In this document: piece by piece, positions 58,501 to 64,000 of the stretch
How the letters are laid out: every line of letters begins with the position of its first letter
Numbering within the stretch: the first letter of the stretch is position 1
Assembly: GCA_011087605.1 (NCBI GenBank)
Contig: JAALLE010000008.1
Coordinates: forward strand, 6,979 to 70,978
Length of the DNA stretch: 64,000 nucleotides
Reading direction: 5' to 3'
Origin: Hyphomicrobiales bacterium
GTDB taxonomy: Bacteria > Pseudomonadota > Alphaproteobacteria > Rhizobiales > Rhizobiaceae
Program-made: the position numbers and the translations under genes
Notes under the pieces: model-generated
What the model saw: only the letters and a program-made list of their open reading frames with translations
The model's database searches: none
What the model was told of the DNA's origin: nothing

Positions 58501-60213
58501 GTTGTCCACCACATCAATTGTTGGCTGATCGTTGGTTCCTCTAACGATAATTGTAATAGTTTGAAATGAGGAAGAAGGTTCGTTCGGGGCCACAACAGAG
58601 CCGGAGGCAAACAGGTTGTCGTCAAAGACCTCCACCTGCACCGTCACTGTCAGACTTTCGCCCGCCGCCAGGAAATCAAACGTCTCACCGTGGGAATCAA
58701 ACTGCCAATGCAATGTGTCCGCAGTTTCCGCATTGCCCAGAATTTGAATTACATGACCATCGTCAACTGGGCCGGTCGTACCGTCGCTGGTCTTATCCAG
58801 CAGCGTGAACATGTTCTTCAGTTGCGCATTGGTTATTGTGCGGGCATCAGACCCAGTGCCCAGAATCACCACATCGCCGGAACTGTTGACAAAAACACTC
58901 GACGACGGGTCCACTCCCGCCAAAACCGGGCTTACCGTATTGAGTTGCGCGGTCACCACATCAGTCGTATCGATATCGGCCACCGCAAATGATCCGGCAG
59001 TGAAATGATCACCGTCGTCTTCAGTCAGAGTTTCGCTACTGTCGATAACGATAATTGAGGGCTGATCGTTGGTGCCTTCAATCAGGATGGTGATGGTTTC
59101 AAACGAAGAGGAAGGTTCATCCGGCGCCGGATCCGGCACAGCGGCCAACAAATTGTCGTCGAACACTTCCAGCTCAACAGTGATCAGCAGGCTTTCTCCG
59201 GCAGCAAGGAAATCGAAAGTCTCAGCACCCGAGTCAAAATCCCAATAAAGAGCGTCGGTCGTTTCAGCGGCATCGAGAATTTGGATTGAATGCCCGCTGG
59301 CGACCGGTCCATCTGTGCCATCATTTGACTCATCGCGAAGGGTGAACATGTTCTTGAGCTGGGTATTGGTGATGATGCGCGCATCCGTCCCCGTGCCCTT
59401 GATAACCACGTCACCCGAACTGTTGATGCTCACGCTTGAAGACGGATCGACTGCCGTCAGTAAAGGAGTCAGTCCATTCAATTGTGCGGTCAAAATATCG
59501 GACGTATCAAAATCCACAATTGCGAATTGGCCAGAAGTGGCGTGGCCACCATCGTCTTCCGCGAATGTTTCCTCATTGTCCGCAACAACTATAACCGGCT
59601 GATCATTTGTCCCAACATTACCGTCGCCTGAACCAGGCTGATCATTGGTACCTTCAATGCTTATTGTGACTGTATGATAGGTTTTGGACAGTTCATCGCC
59701 AGAACTACCGACCACATTGATATTATTTTGATCATTAATTTCGATCGTAAAGACCAGCGTCAGTATCTCGCCCCTCGCGAGATAGTCGAACTGAGTGCCG
59801 CTGGCTGATTCAAAGGTCCAGCCCAGAGTATCTCTGGTCTCTCCGCTATCGAGAATCTGAGACGTATTCAGCGTCAGCAGGCTTAGGAAATTATTGGAGT
59901 TAGTGTTTGCCAACGCATCAATAACACCGTCGGTTGTGCTGGATGCGGTGACATTGACAACGGTAGACTTGACCTCGTCAGTGACATCGAGATCCTCAAC
60001 CCTGAAGAGACCGGATGTCGTCAGCACAGCGTCCGTCTCGATCAAATTGGCAATATTATCCTGATGAGCTGCGGTTGCGGCAGTTATTGTTGGCTGATCG
60101 TTGGATCCATCTATTACGATGGTGACCGTATTAAATGTCTTGGACGGTTCATCATCGGAGGTTGAGGGATCTGCAATATTGTTTTGGTCGTCAACCTGAA
60201 TCGTATATACGAG
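55567..60213 (-). CDS. RTX/VCBS-type giant adhesin, C-terminal 1548 codons (same frame as 60214..62427, downstream of an internal TAA)
   Basis: It contains repeated roughly 180-aa modules ending in G-T-N-D-Q-P, a block of Ca-binding nonapeptides, and an acidic C-terminal tail typical of T1SS substrates. The track ORF 55567..60045 is only the TTG-initiated subset. No ATG or Shine-Dalgarno sequence lies near its 5-prime end. Confidence 0.85.
   Translation of the reverse strand, partial: [1548 protein letters not shown]
55843..56088 (-). repeat. RTX GG-x-G-x-D nonapeptide Ca-binding repeats
   Basis: The sequence is [76 protein letters not shown]. Confidence 0.85.
58000..59613 (-). repeat. Three tandem, closely related 537-bp (179-aa) adhesin modules
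   Basis: The GTNDQP boundary recurs at residues 145, 324, 503 and 682 of the track ORF. The three units align almost residue for residue (for example DPSSSV.(I/V)N(S/A)SGDVVI.GT....R.I.N..LK(N/S)MFTL). Confidence 0.8.
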
Positions 60214-62427
60214 TTAAAGCAGTTCACCGCTTGCAAGATAATCAAATTGACCAGCAGTTGCGGATTTGAAGTTCCAGGTAAGCACGTCGCTCGTCTCGCC
60301 ATCGTTCAAAATAAGCGATGTGTCCAATGTCAGAAGTCCCGAGAAATCCTGAGAATTGGTATTTGCAACCGCGTCGACTGCTCCGTCGGTTGTGCTGGAG
60401 GTCGTAACTCCAACCACCTTTGATGTGACCTGGTCCGTGACATCAACATCTCGGACAACAAATGCTCCGGACGTTTCCAGAAAGGAATCCGTCTCGATCA
60501 GAGTTTCAACGTTATCTGCAGTTGGCGATGCCGAAGCCACAATTGACGGTCGATCATTGGTACCAATTATGTTGATGGTGACGTCCTGCTGATCCCGGCC
60601 AAAAAAGGCGTCATCTACCGTAATCGTATAAGTCAGCCTCACATTCTCGCCTGCAGCGAGGTAATTAAACGTCTGTGAGCCGGAATCAAACGTCCAAGTG
60701 ACGGTGCCGGTGGTATCGCCTGGCTGGATAACGACAGCAGATAAAGGATCAAACATCGCCAGCAACGCGGCTTCGTCCGGTAAACCTGCCGCGGCCGCTG
60801 CACCATTGCCAACGGCGAGGACTGTCACATCATCAACCACAACGGTGTCAATGTCGTCTACGTCTTCCACATCGAATGAACCGCTGGTCACCAATGCAGT
60901 ATCGGTTTCCGGCAATATTTCAGATACGTCGGTTATGGTGGTAATGACCGGCGGCTTGTTGTCACCGGTGCCGATAATTTCGATTATTACATTGCCGAAA
61001 TCGACCAGTCCAACTTCGTCCTGAACTGTATACTCAAAGGAATCTTGACCGGTCACGCCTTTGGGAAACGAAAAGACGCCGTTTGGATCATATGTGATGC
61101 CGCCGTCGCGTGCGACAAGCAAAATCGCGCCCGAAGGCAGCAAGACCGATGCTGTATCGCCACTGAAGTTCAATATCTGCCCGTTGATTTCAGAGACAGT
61201 CAACGGACCGCCCTCCGGATCGATATCAACTCCCGAACCATTATCTCCATAGACAATGTCTTCGGCGCCACCGCCGCCGATGACAAACCTGTCGTAGCCT
61301 GTAATGACATCGTCAGACGCTATCGGTGGCAAGTTGCGCGCCAGTATTCGATAGGGCAAAATTTCTGCACCTTCAGGCAGGGCATCATCGCCAACATCCA
61401 GATCGGCGATATCGAGATCGGCAACATCCAGGTCAACCCTCACCCGCGGGAAATTGTTGGAGCCATCAATCTCTCCACGACCACTGCGCGACCGATTTTG
61501 CATATCGACAATGTCATCATAGGCAATTTTGTCTTCGAGATAATCGGCACCGGATTTAACAAACTTCACTGCATCGGCGCCAGCATCGATCACCACCCAC
61601 TTGTCTTCGGGCGACGAAATCCTGGCCATGATTTCACCGGTTATCTTATTGATAATGACATACTCGCCAGCTTGATCCTTTCCCGGCTCCTGAATAATCG
61701 TGAAAACCGACGACCCTCTTGCTGTATTGATAATTACTCTGGGGGCCGTTCCCCGAATACCCATGGTGGCCACAGGTGTATCGACATTCATATTGCCGGT
61801 TGGGGCAATTTCTCCGGTGACAAAAACAAAAGCGCCCTGGACAAGGTTGAGTGACATGGAGCTGTCTTCGATATTGGCCGGATCGTAGATCAGTTCATCA
61901 AGGATCATCCGTGCATCAGCGGACATCGAAAACAAGGTTTTGTCCACGAACGTTATGCCAAGCTTGGACCCACCGCCGGTTTCAATTACGTCGCCTTGAA
62001 AAACCGGATCGCCAACGCTGAGTTCGTTTGTCACTCCCGAAGGCGAAGTCGACGTTGCTGTGCCGTCCAGTTTCAGGACCCGGCCAATCTCCACCGGCTC
62101 CCCACCACCTGTCAGTTGGGCATAGCGCCCGGCCACCGGATCGCCGGCCAGGGAATTTATCGCCTGGGGGGACAGAAATGCACCATTTGGTGCCGAGACT
62201 GAAGGCGGCGTGGCGGAACCAAAATAGTCGATGATTAGTTGGGTTTCGCCACCATAGCTGATCGACAGATCATCGCCGGAACGTTCAACATCACCGGCAA
62301 ACAATAACTCGGCGTTGTCGACAACATATCCGCCATCAACTTCTGCTACTATATGTGTCGTCGTGGTGGGTTCACTATCCAACTTAAAAGGATCGGTGAG
62401 GCCACCAGTACCATTGTCCTCAGCCAT
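60214..62427 (-). CDS. RTX/VCBS-type giant adhesin, N-terminal 737 codons ending at in-frame TAA 60214-60216
   Basis: I start at ATG 62427, with GGAG 4 nt upstream. The track ORF starts at TTG 62448. It has an N-terminal beta-rich module, then cadherin/VCBS-like modules. The last module is cut mid-repeat by the TAA. Confidence 0.85.
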   Translation of the reverse strand: [737 protein letters not shown]

Positions 62428-62551
62428 ATCTCCAGCTTCTCTATTCAAGAAGTCGATTAATACGTATGGCGCTGCCCCAGTCTGCCAACGAAAGCTTAAG
62501 GCGAATCAGAATTATTGTCCATAAGGTTAATTTTAATGTGGAAACATGACC

Positions 62552-63874
62552 TTACCTAGGGTCACGTAAGGCCCGATCCTTCAACACCAAAATTGGTTTC
62601 AGCAAATATTCAAGGACGGACCTGTGCCCGGTCGATATATCCACCGTGGCCACCATTCCTGGGATTATGTCGAGCGGTCCTGCTGTATTGTCGACAGAGT
62701 CTGAAATATCCGTACTGACCACTACCTGATAAAAGGTTTCACGGTTCTCATTGGTGATCGTATCAGCCCCGATCCTCTGAACCGTCCCTTCCATGGTTCC
62801 ATACCGGGTGTAGTCATAGGCAGAGATACGAATGGTTGCTTTTAAACCAGCTCGGATAAATGCAATATCCTCTGGCCTAATCTGGGTTTCGACCAGCAAT
62901 ACATCGTCAATCGGGACTATTTCCACGACGCTGTCGCCAGCCCGTACGACCTCATTGATCGCCGCCACATTGACCTTGTTGACGATTCCATTGACTGGCG
63001 AACGCAGAACCGCACGCCGAACCGTGTCGCTGGCTGCGGTTAGGGTTTGTTGAACAACGGCAAGATCGGCATTGACTGCAGACAATCGGGCTGTGGCGTC
63101 GGAACGAAAGGCTACTTCTTCGGAGCCAATCAGCGCCCGCGCCTCTGCCACCTCTGCTTTCAACCGCTCTTTGGTCGCTTCCCAAATCTTCAAATCACCA
63201 GCAAGCTGAATGGCTGCTCGCTGTACACGAATATATTCGATTTCAGGAATGGCCTTTCGGACGTACAGCCTGCTGATCAGGTTTTCTTCCTTGCGGGCCA
63301 GTTCGAGCAACCCCTGAGTTCTGTTGGAACTGGCGACAGCTTCTGCAAGGCTTTGTTCTTTTTGGGCCAATTGCTGACGACGAATGGCTGCCTGTTCATC
63401 CAGTTTCCTTCGATTGGCGTCAAACACTGCCTGTTGATCAAGATAGAAGTTTTTCAGATCAGGATTGGCTGTCTCGTCAATCTCGTAGGTCGATTTACCT
63501 GCCAGTTGGGCGCGCAGGCGATTTCTTTCTGCAGCCAAAGATGCTCTGCGCTGCTCCAATTCGCCCAGTCGTGCAGCCGCGCCTGTGTCGTCAATGCGAA
63601 TTAGTTCCTGACCCTGCAAAACCTTGTCGCCTTCCCTGATCAGAATTTGAGCGACAATGCCGGGCTCGAGAGTTTCGACCACTTGAATCTGGCTGGATGG
63701 TATGACCTTGCCCTGCCCCGTTGTGACCTGTTCCACTTCCGCATAATTTGCCCAAATGATGGCTGAAAAGATCAGCCCGCCCAGAGCGATAATTATCCGC
63801 CAGGTTGACGAAGAACCAGTTTGATCAACGGCGCCTGCCGGGTCGTTTGCGAAGTTCAATTCACGACTTGCCAT
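62552..63874 (-). CDS. HlyD-family type I secretion membrane fusion protein
   Basis: 440 aa. It has an N-terminal TM, a long coiled-coil, and a C-terminal barrel (PGMVATVDISTGHRSVLEYLLKP). Confidence 0.92.
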   Translation of the reverse strand: MASRELNFANDPAGAVDQTGSSSTWRIIIALGGLIFSAIIWANYAEVEQVTTGQGKVIPSSQIQVVETLEPGIVAQILIREGDKVLQGQELIRIDDTGAAARLGELEQRRASLAAERNRLRAQLAGKSTYEIDETANPDLKNFYLDQQAVFDANRRKLDEQAAIRRQQLAQKEQSLAEAVASSNRTQGLLELARKEENLISRLYVRKAIPEIEYIRVQRAAIQLAGDLKIWEATKERLKAEVAEARALIGSEEVAFRSDATARLSAVNADLAVVQQTLTAASDTVRRAVLRSPVNGIVNKVNVAAINEVVRAGDSVVEIVPIDDVLLVETQIRPEDIAFIRAGLKATIRISAYDYTRYGTMEGTVQRIGADTITNENRETFYQVVVSTDISDSVDNTAGPLDIIPGMVATVDISTGHRSVLEYLLKPILVLKDRALRDPR

Positions 63875-64000
63875 CGGACCCCACTTGCACCTTTGCCTTG
63901 GCAGGCTGGTTGGCTTTGGCCAATTTCGCTAATACCTGCTTTTTGGGGCCATCTGCGATAATCCGCCCCTGATCCAGTACGATCACCCTGTCAACAAGCT
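63861..64000 (-). CDS. Type I secretion ABC transporter ATPase/permease, C-terminal 46 codons (gene starts beyond right edge)
   Basis: Hand translation gives ..LVDRVIVLDQGRIIADGPKKQVLAKLAKANQPAKAKVQVGSDGKS*. This is the typical end of an ABC nucleotide-binding domain. Its stop overlaps the hlyD-like start by 14 nt. It is not in the ORF track because it is truncated by the window edge. Confidence 0.8.
   Translation of the reverse strand, partial: LVDRVIVLDQGRIIADGPKKQVLAKLAKANQPAKAKVQVGSDGKS

Noticed and set aside
60214-60216. Programmed read-through or recoding (for example selenocysteine or pyrrolysine) at the adhesin internal stop
   Set aside because: The codon is TAA, not TGA or TAG. No downstream stem-loop resembling a recoding signal is visible, and TAA is the least leaky stop. 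A mutation or sequencing error is the simpler explanation.
61045-61854. 269-aa plus-strand ORF
   Set aside because: It is antisense to the adhesin N-terminal fragment. The repetitive Asp/Gly/Thr codons of the adhesin keep the opposite frame open. Its sequence is not protein-like.
1-64000. Search for tRNA, rRNA, tmRNA, RNase P, SRP RNA, IS elements, integrases and prophage genes
   Set aside because: None of the intergenic regions (all 351 bp or shorter) shows cloverleaf-type conserved arms or other recognisable RNA-gene motifs. No ORF has transposase, integrase or phage signatures.

Overview
This is a 64-kb chromosomal window that looks alphaproteobacterial, roughly 50% GC by eye. The assignment rests on synteny: dusB-ntrBC-ntrYX-trkAH, an alphaproteobacterial-style suf operon, aroQ-accBC-aat-DUF2155/NDUFA12, and a GAAC-N7-GAAC SOS-type box. 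About 58 protein genes are packed very tightly, with many ATGA-type overlaps, and four convergent gene pairs share their stop codons. I found no rRNA, tRNA, CRISPR array, transposase, integrase or phage genes. Positions 1-42.7 kb are core housekeeping: K+ uptake, the Ntr two-component cascade, isoprenoid, lipoate, Fe-S assembly, tyrS, prfB, parE, a DEAD-box helicase and acetyl-CoA carboxylase. Positions 42.7-64 kb are more accessory. They hold a methyltransferase/hydrolase pair inserted next to an NDUFA12 homologue. They also hold a secreted basic protein built from ten 23-aa repeats, a eukaryote-type phosphagen (arginine-like) kinase, and a nuclease/GST/UDG-like block. Further along are an orphan histidine kinase, cytochrome P460, cobT/cobS, and a type I secretion locus. 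The 6.9-kb RTX/VCBS adhesin gene of that locus is interrupted by one in-frame TAA. Other oddities are a VOC gene and a roughly 290-bp insert (small hydrophobic ORF plus twin hairpins) inside the suf operon, and a candidate LexA box upstream of parE. No single multi-gene system stands out as new. The most novel candidates are the phosphagen kinase and the adjacent repeat protein. All family assignments come from motif recognition by eye. No database search, HMM or folding program was run, and start codons are often my re-interpretation of the maximal ORFs in the track.
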